Below are positions 32,894 through 43,584 of a stretch of DNA of 64,000 bases, in pieces (position 1 is the first letter of the stretch; every line of letters starts with the position of its first letter). The notes beneath the pieces are model-generated. The model was not told the DNA's origin and searched no databases. It saw only the letters and a program-made list of their open reading frames with translations. This DNA comes from Chloropicon primus (taxonomy: Eukaryota). The stretch spans positions 372,001 to 436,000 of the forward strand of contig CP060765.1 of assembly GCA_023205875.1 (NCBI GenBank), in the 5' to 3' direction. The position numbers were made by a program, and so were the translations under genes.

Positions 32894-34445
32894 ATGGCGA
32901 TGGCGCCCAAGGACTCCAAGGCCCGGGTTGTCTGGGTACTCATCGACGGCCTGGGCGACCTCTCCATCAACGAGTACGAGGGTAACACGCCCCTGGCGGA
33001 GGCTTTCACTCCCTTCCTCGACCTTGTCGCAAGGGCGGGCGCTAGTGGACTCATGGACCCCGTCGAACCGGGATTAGCTTGCGGTAAGTCCATCCATCCA
33101 TCCATCCATCCATCCATCCATCCATCATACTCTCTCTCTCTCAAGCGTGGATGACGGCGAGGCTGACGCGTAGTGCTCGGGTGCGACAGGGAGCGACACG
33201 GCCCACCTCTCTCTGTTTGGGTACGACCCGAGGGAGTACTATAGAGGGAGAGGAGCCTTCGAGAGCCTTGGAGCAGGCTTGAGCATGAAGCCAGGGGAGA
33301 TTGCTTTCAAGTGCAACTTTGCGACGATGGAGGAGGAGACTGGGGTGGTGACTGCGAGGCGGTGTGACAGGAACTTTGAGAGAGAGGGACCCATCCTGTG
33401 CGAGTACCTGGACGAGACGGTCTTGCCTTCCTTTCCCAAGAATAGAGTTCGAGTGAAGTACGCGACCGAGCACAGGTGTGGCCTGGTGGTGGAGGGGCCG
33501 GGGCTGTGCGATCGGATATCGAGCACCGATCCCTTGAAGGACAACTTGAAGCTCCTGGTGGCTGAGCCACTGGACGAGACCGAGGAAGCGGCGTACACGG
33601 CAAAAGTGGTCAACGAGGTTTCGGACACCATCAGGAAGATGCTGGGAACCCATCCCGTCAACCAGGAGAGAGAATCGGTTGGAAAGAATCCTGCGAACTG
33701 CGTCCTTCTCAGGGGGTGCGGCGAGCTTCTCGACGTGGAGCCCTTCGAGAGCAAGCACGGATTCAAGGCCTGCATGGTCGCACCCACAAAAGTCATCGCC
33801 GGAATCGGTGCCTCGCTCGGGATCGAGGTCGTGAGCGCTCCGGGGGCCACGGGGGACTACCACACGAACCTCACGCCAAAGATGGACACCATTGTCGACG
33901 CCCTGTCCTGGGGCGCGACCGGCGAATCGGGGGACCAAGGGGAGGCCGGCAGCAGGATGGGGTTCCTCCACGTGAAAGCTGTGGACGACGCCAGCCACGA
34001 TGGAAACGTCGACTTGAAGAGGGACCTCATCGCGGCCGCGGACGTCATGGTAGGCCAGCTGGTGAAGAGGCTCTGGGAGAAGGAGAGGGAGAGCAACGGA
34101 GCCCTAAAGTACTACATCTGCTGCACAGGTGACCACAGCACCCCGGTGGAATTCCTCAAAGACCACTCTCACGAGCCCGTACCCTTCGTTTCGGCAAAGG
34201 TGAGCGACATCTTGGAGCTCTCAGGGGAGGAGAGCCTGAGCAAGTGCGTGCCGACCGAGAGCGTGAAGCTGCCTTACGCCATCACGGAAGAGTACAGGCA
34301 GAAATGCCTTGATTCGCTGGTACGCCGAACCCCCACGAGGGGCGACTCTGTTTCCTCGTTCAGCGAGGTCGCAGCGGCGAGAGGAATTCTTGGACGATTC
34401 CCTGGGTCCCAAATCATCCCCTTCATCTCCGCTCTCTTCGAGTGA
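32894..34445 (+). CDS. Cofactor-independent phosphoglycerate mutase, ApgM (archaeal-like) family; exons 32894-33083 and 33190-34445
   Basis: VLIDGLGD, PGLACG-SDTAHLSLFGYDP after splicing, GRGAFESLGAG, HVKAVDDASHDG, TGDHSTP, HSHEPVP. Confidence 0.92.
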
Positions 34446-35189
34446 CGCCTCCACGGTCCCGAGCGCAGCAGGCTCACCGACTGTTCCCCTTGTTTGCCTT
34501 TGCCTCTGCAAAAGTCTATCGAACTTGTCCACCATCGCCATGACGATGATGATGGTGATGGGATCGAGGCACTGCAGCAAGCAAGGTGGTGCTGGAGTGA
34601 GTCAGGAGAGAGGAGGAGAGGGAGGGGCACGAGGATGCAACATTCTCTCTCCTTCCTCTCGCAGCACAGGAACCTCATCCTTGTATACGATAACGCCTGA
34701 ACAATTGTTAATTTATTATCGTTCAAAATAATCTTGGTCCCCAGTTTTTGGCCCAGAGTGACATGGAGGCAAGGGACGCTACTGAGAGGTAAGTGGAGGG
34801 CCAAGACGATGGGAAGAGCGGTGATGAGGGAAACTGAAGGAAAGATGGTGCTCTCCTCTTTCGAAAGAGTCCTCCCTTGTGAAAAATGGCGCACTGGTTC
34901 AGCATGAACTAACTGAAGATACCTTTGGACCGGTTGGGACAACACAACACAACACAACACGGCTGACTGATGGATGACAACAAACAACAGAGTCGGAAAC
35001 GGGAGTGGCGCTGGGAGAGGATAGTCGGCGGGCAGACATGAGCACCTGGATTCGTAGGTAGCCCAAGGGACGCTGGAAGGAAAGAGAGAGACCAAGTCCT
35101 GCACGAAATCTTTGAGTAGTGCACGAGGTGGTGCAGGAGGGATTGGGTAGCTGTGTGTTTCTATATTTTTTTTCTTCCAAGGAGCAACG

Positions 35190-36210
35190 ATGTTTGGCCT
35201 CATGAGAAACTTGTACCAGCACTTCAAGAAGAAGGGAGCACCCAGGTCGTTCACATTGGTGTTCCTGGGACTCGACAAGGCGGGCAAGACCACGTGCATG
35301 GCGGCCCTCAAGGGTGAGCCCACAGAGGACGCCTCCCAGACGTGGGGGTTCAACAGCGAGAAGGTGGAGCTCTCGAACGTATCTGTCGAGGTTTACGATC
35401 TCGGAGGTGGAAGCTCGATACGAAGGATCTGGGAAAATTATTATGCCGAGGTTCATGGCATCATATTCGTCGTGGACGCTTCCGACGAAGCGCGGCTCTC
35501 GGAAGCCAAGACGGCGTTCCAGGAGGCCACCTCCCACGCCTACGCCAGGGTAAGTTCCATCCGATCCGATCCGGCAGACAACTCCGTGCATCCGTGCGTC
35601 TGACTTTGCATTGCTCTCACTGGCCAACCACGTGGAGGAGTAGGGGAAGCCCCTGCTGGTTTGTGCGAACAAGCAGGACCTCACCAATACGATGACAGCG
35701 AACGACTTGACAGACTACTTGGAGCTTGATGCCTTGAAGTGCAACCACTTGTGCGTGGAGTGCAGTGCCAAGGGGAAGGAAGGGTCCACACCAAGCGAGA
35801 GCTTCATGGAGGGCGTGAGGTGGCTCGTGCACACGGCCAACGTGCAATACACTTCCCTGGAAGAAAGAATCAAGACCGACGTCCGGATCGAGAAGGAGAA
35901 GCAAGAGAAGAAGATGGCAGAGAGGAGGGAGAGGGTCGAGAAAATGAAGGCCTTGAGGCAGGAGGAGAGCAAGAGGGCGGAGGAGGAGGCAAAACATCAG
36001 GAGCAAGCCGAAGGGGAGAAGAGGGTGGAGAAGGACGACATGCAAATGCAACAGTCACCCTCCTCCCTGAAATCGTCTTCGCCGATCCCGAAACCCGGAT
36101 CGCCGGAGGCCGTCTATGCGGTGAAGGACGTCGAATCGCCCGAGGAGCCGGAGGGGAGCCCGGACCTGCACCAAGAGGAAGCGCAACTCCCTGGCGTCAT
36201 CGGGGATTAG
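35190..36210 (+). CDS. ARL13: ARL13 ciliary ARF-like GTPase; exons 35190-35549 and 35644-36210
   Basis: GLDKAGKTT, YDLGGG (Gly replacing the catalytic Gln), IWENYYAEVHGIIFVVDAS, GKPLLVCANKQD, C-terminal coiled coil. Confidence 0.92.
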
Positions 36211-36283
36211 TTTGGGAGCGGACGATCCAATTTGTGTACAATATCTCATTTAACTCTATCTATTGGTGTTCTCTCTGCCCACG

Positions 36284-36733
36284 TCAGGAGGAGGAAGAAT
36301 CCCCTGCGCCGCTCTCGTGCTTCGCTCGGAGCTCTTCGTACTTCTCCTTGTCAATGTGACCGCTCTTGTACAATTTCTTTTCGCCAAGCGCGTCACGCGC
36401 AGCCACAGACAAATCGACGACGACGCGAGTTAGCTTTCACGGCTTGCGGATCCAGCAATCGAATGAGTGGTCTTGAACATCGCACCAGGGGCGCCGAAGA
36501 TCCCTCACTCAAACATCATCACAGGGTTTCCTTACCTCCACCACGTTCTCGTTCTCCGGTTGCACCATCAGCATAACTCCAGTACCCGCTGTGGGCCACA
36601 TGCATACGTACCCTATCCGATACACTGGATCGGCGTACGCCCACTTTGTCTTGTTTGCCCAAGCAACCCTACAAGCGGCAGCACACGCCATCCCGATCCC
36701 TACCAACCCCATGGACGTCTTTGTCACAGGCAT
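36284..36733 (-). CDS. Small hypothetical protein (about 96 aa) with two hydrophobic segments; exons 36733-36536 and 36376-36284
   Basis: MPVTKTSMGLVGIG..., GTAAG donor, AAG acceptor, in-frame second exon KLYKSGHIDKEKYEELRAK (SHOCT-like). Confidence 0.55.
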
Positions 36734-37120
36734 GGTGGTGGTGTTGACGATGACAGATGTCAAAGCAATCCAACAACAGCAGAGCTTCCCCTTCAAGTGA
36801 CTTCCTGGACCAGACAAGGAGCAAGGTCAACAACCAACCAACCCTTGGAGGAGGATCAATCAACCGCGCCAGAGCCACCACCGATTCCTTTTGCCTTCCC
36901 CTGACCAAAAGCAGCTTGAGTCAATGCCTGGCTCACCAAGTTTTGCAGCTGGCTGGATGACGACGACGCTTCACTTCAACGCGAAGGAAACAAGAAAGAG
37001 AGAGAGAGAGAGGAGCAAGGCTGGAGGCTGTTGTCCTTGACACGATCGCCACCCCCGCGCGACGCCACCGCCTCCCTCGTGTTCCTCGTCGCTGGTCGCC
37101 GTCCGTCCGCTGGTTCTGTC

Positions 37121-37168
<48 letters not shown>

Positions 37169-37173
37169 GAGGG

Positions 37174-38304
37174 ATGGATTGGTTGGGGAACTACGAGGAG
37201 GAGGAGGAGGGAGGGAAGGGGGTTGTGGCGCGGAAGCTTGCGTCGTATACTGCTCCCAAGGACTTGGTTATTCCGACGGAGGCGGAAGGGGATGGGGAAG
37301 GGGAGGAGCACGAAGACTTGTTGGGAGGGTCGAGGAGGATCATCGATAGGGAGTCTGAGTACCACAAGAGGAGGTTGAACAGGCAGTTGAGTCCGCCGAG
37401 GGTGGACCCGTTTGCTGCTGCTGCGGCGAGGGGGAGTGGGGCGGCGAAGCTGCGGACGTACGGGGATGCGGTGAAGGAAGCGAACTTGGAGCGGGAGCGG
37501 TTCAACAAGTTGAGGGAGAGGCAGGAGGAGGAGAGGAGGAGGGAGGAGGGTGGGGAGGAGAGAGAGGGGACGGGGGAAGCCAAGGGGTCGGAGGGGACGG
37601 GAGTGCCTTCCCAGGAGGAGCTGTATCGCCGGAGCCAGGGCGGCGTCCGGCGCGAGGGTTGGAGTGGGGGGAGGGGAAGGAGGGAGAGGGAGAGGTCGCC
37701 CGTCGGGCACAGGGCGCGGGGAGGAGGAGAGCGTGGGGGCAGTGACAAGGGCAAGCGGGAGTACACCTGGGGCAAGCAAGAGGATCAGGAAGAGCCTGGC
37801 GCGGCCAAGGTCGAGGAGCCCGCCGCGAATTTTGGTCTCTCTGGGCTTTTGGCAGAGGAGACTCTGACTGTGAAGGGCGTGAAGCTCAAGTACACGGAGC
37901 CGGCGGAAGCCAGGGTTCCGGACAAGATGTGGCGCCTGTACGTGTTCAAGAACGGGAAGGCTCTCGAGGGCGAGGCGGGCGTCATGCACGTGCACAGGCA
38001 GAGCATGTACCTGTGCGGCAGGGAGAGGAAGGTGGTTGACCTTCCGACGGACCACCCGTCGTGCAGCGGGCAGCACGCCGTCCTGCAGTTCAGGGAGATC
38101 GAGAAGGACGACCCTGTCACCGGATTTCCCAGGAAGCACGTGTACCCTTACCTGATGGACCTCGGCAGCACCAACGGCAGCTTCATCAACACGGAGAAAT
38201 TGGAGCCGCAGCGGTACTACCAGCTCCTGGAGGGGGACACGGTGAAGTTCGGCTCGAGCTCGAGGGAGTACGTCTTGCTCCACGACCAGTCCGGGGCGGC
38301 GTGA
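37174..38304 (+). CDS. SNIP1: SNIP1/DAWDLE/Pml1 FHA protein with SF3B1-like N-terminal extension
   Basis: NFGLSGLLAEET, KYTEPAEARVP..WRLYVFK, GRERKVVDLPTDHPSCSGQHAVLQFR, DLGSTNGSFIN, FGSSSREYVLLH. Confidence 0.93.
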   Translation: MDWLGNYEEEEEGGKGVVARKLASYTAPKDLVIPTEAEGDGEGEEHEDLLGGSRRIIDRESEYHKRRLNRQLSPPRVDPFAAAAARGSGAAKLRTYGDAVKEANLERERFNKLRERQEEERRREEGGEEREGTGEAKGSEGTGVPSQEELYRRSQGGVRREGWSGGRGRRERERSPVGHRARGGGERGGSDKGKREYTWGKQEDQEEPGAAKVEEPAANFGLSGLLAEETLTVKGVKLKYTEPAEARVPDKMWRLYVFKNGKALEGEAGVMHVHRQSMYLCGRERKVVDLPTDHPSCSGQHAVLQFREIEKDDPVTGFPRKHVYPYLMDLGSTNGSFINTEKLEPQRYYQLLEGDTVKFGSSSREYVLLHDQSGAA

Positions 38305-38394
38305 GAAATCGAGAGAGATTTGTGTATTTATGCGATGTACCGTCAATAACTTGGTTCCAACTGAAGCGAAGCCGCGCTCGCGCGTTTCGTTGAT

Positions 38395-40170
38395 TTAGAT
38401 TTTGGCTTCTTCCATCTTCTTCTCCACCTCCTCCGTCTTTGGGGCGGGGGCATCATCGGTCGGCTTCATCGCCGGGAAGAGCAAAACTTCCTTGATGTTG
38501 ATCTGGTCGGTCAAAAGCATCGTGAGCCTGTCCACGCCCATTCCCCAGCCGGCGGTTGGAGGCAATCCGTATTCCAAAGCCGTGCAGAAGTTCTCGTCGA
38601 TCAGCTGGGCCTCGTCATCTCCCATGGCCTTGGCGTCGGCCTGGCCAGAAAACAGCTGCCTCTGCACGATCGGGTCGTTCAACTCGGTGTAAGCGTTGCA
38701 CAGCTCCCTCGTGTTCACGAAGAGCTCAAACCTCTCGGTCAGGCCTGGCTTGGATCTGTGGTACTTTGCGAGCGGGGACATGATCTGAGGGTGGTCGCAG
38801 ATGAAGGTTGGGTTCATGCACTTGGACTCCAAGTACTCGGCGACGAACTCGTCGATCAGCCTTGCCGTGGTGTGAGGCGGGGTGCATTCCAGACCCCTGG
38901 CCTTAAGCTCCTTGATCAGGTACTGGCGAGTCTCCTCCGAGTCCAGTGGGAGCGGGACGTCGATTCCGTGCTCCTTGAGACCATCGAGCATCGAGATCCT
39001 CTTGAACGGAGGGCTGAAGTCGATCTCCACGGGATCCTGGTCGTGGCCGTTGGCGTGGTACTGGACCTTGTAGGACCCGGTCACCTGCAAGACGAGCTGA
39101 GAGACCATCTCCTCCGTCATGTCCATCAAGTCGTGGTAGTCGGCGTAAGCCTGGTAGAACTCCATCGTGGTGAACTCGGGGTTGTGCGTCATGTCGATTC
39201 CCTCGTTCCTAAACTGCCTGCCGATCTCGTACACCCTGTCCATGCCTCCGACGACGAGCATCTTCAAGTAGAGCTCCGGGGCCACCCTCATGAACAGGTC
39301 CATGTTGAGGTCGTTGTGATGGGTGACGAAAGGCTTGGCGGTGGCTCCTCCGGCGATCATGTTCATCATCGGGGTCTCGACCTCGATGAACTCCCTCTGG
39401 TCCAGGAACGAGCGCATGAATTGGATGATCTTCGACCTGGCGATGAAGGTATCCCTGCTCTTGGCGTTGATCATGAGGTCCAAGTACCTCTGGCGATACC
39501 TGGTCTCCTGGTCCGTGAAGCCGACCTTGGTGGAGGGTGGCATGTGCAAGCAAGGGGAAAGGACGACCATCTCCTTGACGAAAATACTGAGCTCTCCCCT
39601 CTTGGACTTTCCTGGCACTCCGACCACCCCAAGGATGTCACCCCTCCTCGTCTCGCTGTTGATCAAGTGGAACTCCTCCTCCGACTTGTCAAACGACCTG
39701 AGGTCGCTTATCGCCTGGACCTTCATTCCTTGGCCCTGGATGTCATAAAAGTGGAGCTTGGACCCGGAAGAACGCTTGATGAGAATCCTCCCAGCGATGG
39801 ACACCGTCACGTCGCCCAAATGCTCCCCGTCCCCCATGGCATCCGCATACTTTGCGATGTAGTCTCTGACCGACAAGTCAACATGGAACTTGTGAGGGTA
39901 AGGGTTCTTGTTGTCCGCCTTCTTCCCCTCGATGTACTTGAGCCTGTTGGCGTGGTACTGCGCCGGATCCAGGTCCTCCTCGTCCGCCTGCTTCTTCTTC
40001 GCCCCACCCTGTGGCTTGGCTGCCTTGGCTGCCGCCTTCTCCGCCTGCTCCTTGGCCTTCTTCGCGGCCTTCTGCCTCTTCTTGAACTCACTCTTGCTCA
40101 AAGGCTCTCCGTTCTCATCCTTCAAGTCCTTGTCGTACTTCTCCGGAAGCACCCAACCGGAGTCCGCCAT
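38395..40170 (-). CDS. KARS: Lysyl-tRNA synthetase, class II, cytosolic type
   Basis: [57 protein letters not shown]. Confidence 0.97.
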   Translation of the reverse strand: MADSGWVLPEKYDKDLKDENGEPLSKSEFKKRQKAAKKAKEQAEKAAAKAAKPQGGAKKKQADEEDLDPAQYHANRLKYIEGKKADNKNPYPHKFHVDLSVRDYIAKYADAMGDGEHLGDVTVSIAGRILIKRSSGSKLHFYDIQGQGMKVQAISDLRSFDKSEEEFHLINSETRRGDILGVVGVPGKSKRGELSIFVKEMVVLSPCLHMPPSTKVGFTDQETRYRQRYLDLMINAKSRDTFIARSKIIQFMRSFLDQREFIEVETPMMNMIAGGATAKPFVTHHNDLNMDLFMRVAPELYLKMLVVGGMDRVYEIGRQFRNEGIDMTHNPEFTTMEFYQAYADYHDLMDMTEEMVSQLVLQVTGSYKVQYHANGHDQDPVEIDFSPPFKRISMLDGLKEHGIDVPLPLDSEETRQYLIKELKARGLECTPPHTTARLIDEFVAEYLESKCMNPTFICDHPQIMSPLAKYHRSKPGLTERFELFVNTRELCNAYTELNDPIVQRQLFSGQADAKAMGDDEAQLIDENFCTALEYGLPPTAGWGMGVDRLTMLLTDQINIKEVLLFPAMKPTDDAPAPKTEEVEKKMEEAKI

Positions 40171-40678
40171 CGCTCAAACAAACACACAAGCACAAGCACA
40201 CACACACACACCAAACGCACACCTCGTCAACACAACACAAGAGACCACTACGACGGTGGCCTATTGCCTAACTCAATCCCCAACTTGCTCCCTTCTCTCT
40301 CCTTGTCTGCGCTCCTCTTCTCTCGAGCCGTCACAATTTGGCGGGAGAGTAACGTCATATGCGAAATTGGCGGGAGAGGCCCGATTTTTTCTTCTCGTTT
40401 TTGGTTTTCAGCAGCGCAAAGACAAAGAGGGAGAGGAGTGTGGAGGTGGGACGAGCGGAGCGGTGCGAAGCGCGTCGTTTTGCCACGAGATAAGATAAGA
40501 TAAGTTTGATCCTTCTCTCTTAAACGATGATTCGATAGCGCCATTGAGGAGAGAGTCATCCATCCAAGCTGTGGAGCTCCCTGTTGTTGTGGTGGGCTTC
40601 CTCACCCTTTTAACGGATTCGATTGGGGCTCCTCTAACCTAATGGATGGATAGATGGAGTAGAGAGAGAGAGAGAGAG

Positions 40679-41596
40679 ATGGAGGAGAGCGGTGACAGCA
40701 GAGTCGTGCTGGACTATGGGGACATCCTTCTGAGGAGGGGGGACGTCCTTTCCCTCATGGAAGGGGAGTGGCTGAACGACCAGGTCATCAGCTTCTACTT
40801 CGAGTACCTGAAGACGAGCTCCAAGTTCAGCAACCTCCTCGGGGTGGAGCTCTTGCACACTTCCCTCGTTCACCTGATCTCCTGCATGCCTGACCAGGAC
40901 CAGGTCGACATGATACTGGAGCCCCTCGCGTTGGCTCAAAAGGACCTCGTCTTTGCCGCGGTGAACGACAGCGAGGACACGAGCCAACCAGACAGCGGTT
41001 CGCACTGGTCGCTGCTGGTCTGCGAGAGGACGAGGGGAGCCTTTTCCTTCTACCATTTCGATTCCATGGGAGGTGAGTCAGACAAGCAAAGCAATCGATC
41101 TCGCCAACTCGCCAACTCTGACTCTCTCCTCTTTTTCTCTTTTCCAGACTCCAATCGGGCGCCAGCGCTTGCGCTTGCGGCAAAGTTGCGGGGGCACCTG
41201 GGATCGGGAGGCAGCCTGGAGAGCGTTTCGGAGATACCAAGGCAAACAAACTGCCACGACTGTGGCGTGTACGTTCTCGCTGTGGCGGAAGCCATCCTGA
41301 AAGAGCGCGAAGGAACGCACGATGTGCCCTGTTGCGAATCGTTCCAAAGAGAACTATCGGCGGGCGACGGAGCCGAGGACCTGGCGCGCAGGGTGGAAGG
41401 GATGCGTGAGGACGTCGTGAAGCTGATCAACAGGCTGTCCCTGCGAGGGCGGGATTCATCGCCATCATCATGGTTTGGTTTTGTTCACGGTGAACGCACG
41501 AACAAAGGACCCGGAGAGCATGAGCGAGGTGAGCCTCGATTGCCGTGGTCATCTTCATGTTCTGCAGTGGGCTCGAAGCCAGGGTCCACCTTGTGA
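40679..41596 (+). CDS. SENP8: NEDD8-specific protease SENP8/NEDP1 (Ulp1/C48 family); in-frame intron 41073-41147; true 3' end uncertain
   Basis: WLNDQVISFYFEYL, GSHWSLLV, HFDS, QTNCHDCGVYV catalytic triad motifs. Confidence 0.88.
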   Translation: MEESGDSRVVLDYGDILLRRGDVLSLMEGEWLNDQVISFYFEYLKTSSKFSNLLGVELLHTSLVHLISCMPDQDQVDMILEPLALAQKDLVFAAVNDSEDTSQPDSGSHWSLLVCERTRGAFSFYHFDSMGGESDKQSNRSRQLANSDSLLFFSFPDSNRAPALALAAKLRGHLGSGGSLESVSEIPRQTNCHDCGVYVLAVAEAILKEREGTHDVPCCESFQRELSAGDGAEDLARRVEGMREDVVKLINRLSLRGRDSSPSSWFGFVHGERTNKGPGEHERGEPRLPWSSSCSAVGSKPGSTL

Positions 41597-41759
41597 TTGG
41601 AACGAAGAGACTTGTTGGAAGGCAGCTCGAGGAGGTCACCTTGATGTTCTGCAGTGGGCTCGAAGCCAGGATCCGTCTTGCCCTTGGAACCCAAAAGAGT
41701 GCAAAGAGGTGGCAATGTGGCGTCCGGGCATCTTCAGGTGGATTCAGAACAATTCTTAA
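41520..41759 (+). pseudogene. 3' fragment of an ankyrin-repeat gene
   Basis: GHLHVLQWARSQGPPCDW..AARGGHLDVLQWARSQDPSCPW..WIQNNS; only two repeats, no N-terminal part; overlaps the SENP8 ORF tail. Confidence 0.7.
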
Positions 41760-41879
41760 TCATGTTGTTGCCTGTCACGAACCCCGGCGTTACTCTGTCC
41801 TTGCCCTCGCTGGTCCCTTCAAGCCCAAGCCTTATATCCCATCGCCATCGATCGATTGAAACGGCTCAAGCTGGCGACG

Positions 41880-43148
41880 ATGGCGCTGGACCCGCCGAGT
41901 GGTGGCGTTCCTTGCGCGGAGGAGCTCCAAGCAGACGATGGAGCTGCGCTGGTCAAGGTGTTGGCCCACAAGACGGGAGCCTACGCGTGCGGGGAGTTCC
42001 GCATCCTCGAGGGCGGCTTGAGCGGCGCCGCGCTCCTGCAATGCGAACTCCGGTGCAGAGATGGCGTCAAGAACACCGAGGTGGTCAAGGCTGTGGTGGT
42101 GAAGGTGACGACGGAGTCGTCCTCGGCGAAGGGGAAGCAGCTGGCGCTGTGGCGGGAGGCCAAATTCTACGAGGCGGCGGCGGCGGCCTCGCTCGACCCG
42201 GAGGTGCTCCGCATTCCCGAGGTGCTCCACGCCGTGTGCTGCCCTGAGACGGGACGGAAACTGGTTGTCCTGGAGGACCTCAGCGGTACTCACGTCCAGG
42301 CCGGACTCCTTTACGGCAAGGGGAGCCCGCTCAATTGGAGCTGCAACCTCGACGAGGCCCTCGCGCGCTTCGGCTCGTCACAATCGAAAGCTTTGGTGGA
42401 GCCAACGGAGCTCACCGAGAGAGCGTTCGTGGCAGCGGCTGCGATGCACGCAAGGTATTGGATGGACGCCGAGGCGCTGCGGGAGCATGCCCACTGGCTT
42501 CGGGGCGCTGGGTGGGTGACGGCCCTCGACGAGGCCCTCGAGGGCCGGGCGGAGTGGGAGGCTATGCAGCGCCAGGCTTCAGACGGGTGGGCCTCGGTGA
42601 GAGCGAGCGTGGGCACTGGTGGGGTTGCGTGGGACGAGCGCGTGGTGGCATTGATGGATGCCTCTATTGCCAGTATCAGCTGGGAGAGGTTCCAAGGGGA
42701 TATTCAGCGGAGGCCTTGGACATTGGTTCACGGCGACTTCCACCCGGCGAACGCGATGGCGAGCGTCGAGACTGGCGAGCTCAAGTGGCTGGATTTCGAG
42801 CTCGTGGGTATCGGCAGCGGGCCGCAAGACTTGGCGCAGTTTGTCATCTCGCACATGGACGCTGAGACGCGCAGGGGCTGCGAGCGAAGGCTCGTCGAGC
42901 GGTACCACGCGGCGCTGGAGAAGGGGGGGCTGAACACCACCGGCGCCGATACTGGTGGTGCGGCGTACTCGTACGAGCAGTGCTGGTCGGAGTATGTTAG
43001 CGGCGGCACGGAGCGGTGGGTGTGGCTGCTCGCGGTGCTGGCTGGCGTGTGCCCCGCTCCAATGGTGCAGTACTTCCACGACCAGCTCTGTGCCTTTGCG
43101 TGCGACCACGGCGTGACGGCGAGCAATGTCGGCATGCCTCGCGTCTAG
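41880..43148 (+). CDS. Aminoglycoside/choline/ecdysteroid-kinase-like phosphotransferase
   Basis: VVVK, REAKFY, VVLEDL, TLVHGDFHPAN, WLDFE, GPQDLAQF. Confidence 0.88.
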   Translation: MALDPPSGGVPCAEELQADDGAALVKVLAHKTGAYACGEFRILEGGLSGAALLQCELRCRDGVKNTEVVKAVVVKVTTESSSAKGKQLALWREAKFYEAAAAASLDPEVLRIPEVLHAVCCPETGRKLVVLEDLSGTHVQAGLLYGKGSPLNWSCNLDEALARFGSSQSKALVEPTELTERAFVAAAAMHARYWMDAEALREHAHWLRGAGWVTALDEALEGRAEWEAMQRQASDGWASVRASVGTGGVAWDERVVALMDASIASISWERFQGDIQRRPWTLVHGDFHPANAMASVETGELKWLDFELVGIGSGPQDLAQFVISHMDAETRRGCERRLVERYHAALEKGGLNTTGADTGGAAYSYEQCWSEYVSGGTERWVWLLAVLAGVCPAPMVQYFHDQLCAFACDHGVTASNVGMPRV

Positions 43149-43254
43149 AATCCCAGAGAGAGAAGGCGGAAACAAGACCAGGACATCGCCAGGGTTGGAT
43201 TCAGAACAATTCTCAAGTACTTTACTATAGACGCGATGTGAAGAAGTCGAGCGA

Positions 43255-43548
43255 GGAGTATTCGTAGCACCAACAGATGATCCCCAACCAACCAACCAAC
43301 CAAGACCCTAATCGATCTGTGTTTTGTTTCTGTTTTCGTGTGTCATGCTCTGCGAAATTATGATGTCCTTCCTCCTCTCTCCTCCCTCTCCTGGAGGTGA
43401 GGTGGAGGTAACGGAGTATTCGTAGCACCAACAGATGATCCCCAACCAACCGAGACCCTAATCGATCTGTTTCTGTTTCTGTTTCTGTTTCTGTTTTCGT
43501 GTCATGCTCTGTGATTATGATGTCCTTCCTCTCCCTCTCCTGGAGGTA
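43255..43548. repeat. Imperfect tandem duplication, period about 158 bp (copies start 43255 and 43413)
   Basis: Both copies start GGAGTATTCGTAGCACCAACAGATGATCCCCAACC and end CCTCTCCTGGAGGT. Confidence 0.92.
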
Positions 43549-43584
43549 ACGCCCCGGCTCCCTCCACTTCTCTATTTTAGAAAG

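Noticed and set aside
32894..34445. ApgM-type phosphoglycerate mutase as a second archaeal transfer
   Set aside because: This family is already known across plants and algae and the gene has an intron; no sign of recent transfer.
34723..34905. Minus-strand ORF beginning MLNQCAIFHKGGL, reminiscent of the SRP receptor alpha N-terminus
   Set aside because: Similarity stops after about 13 residues and I could not build a spliced continuation.
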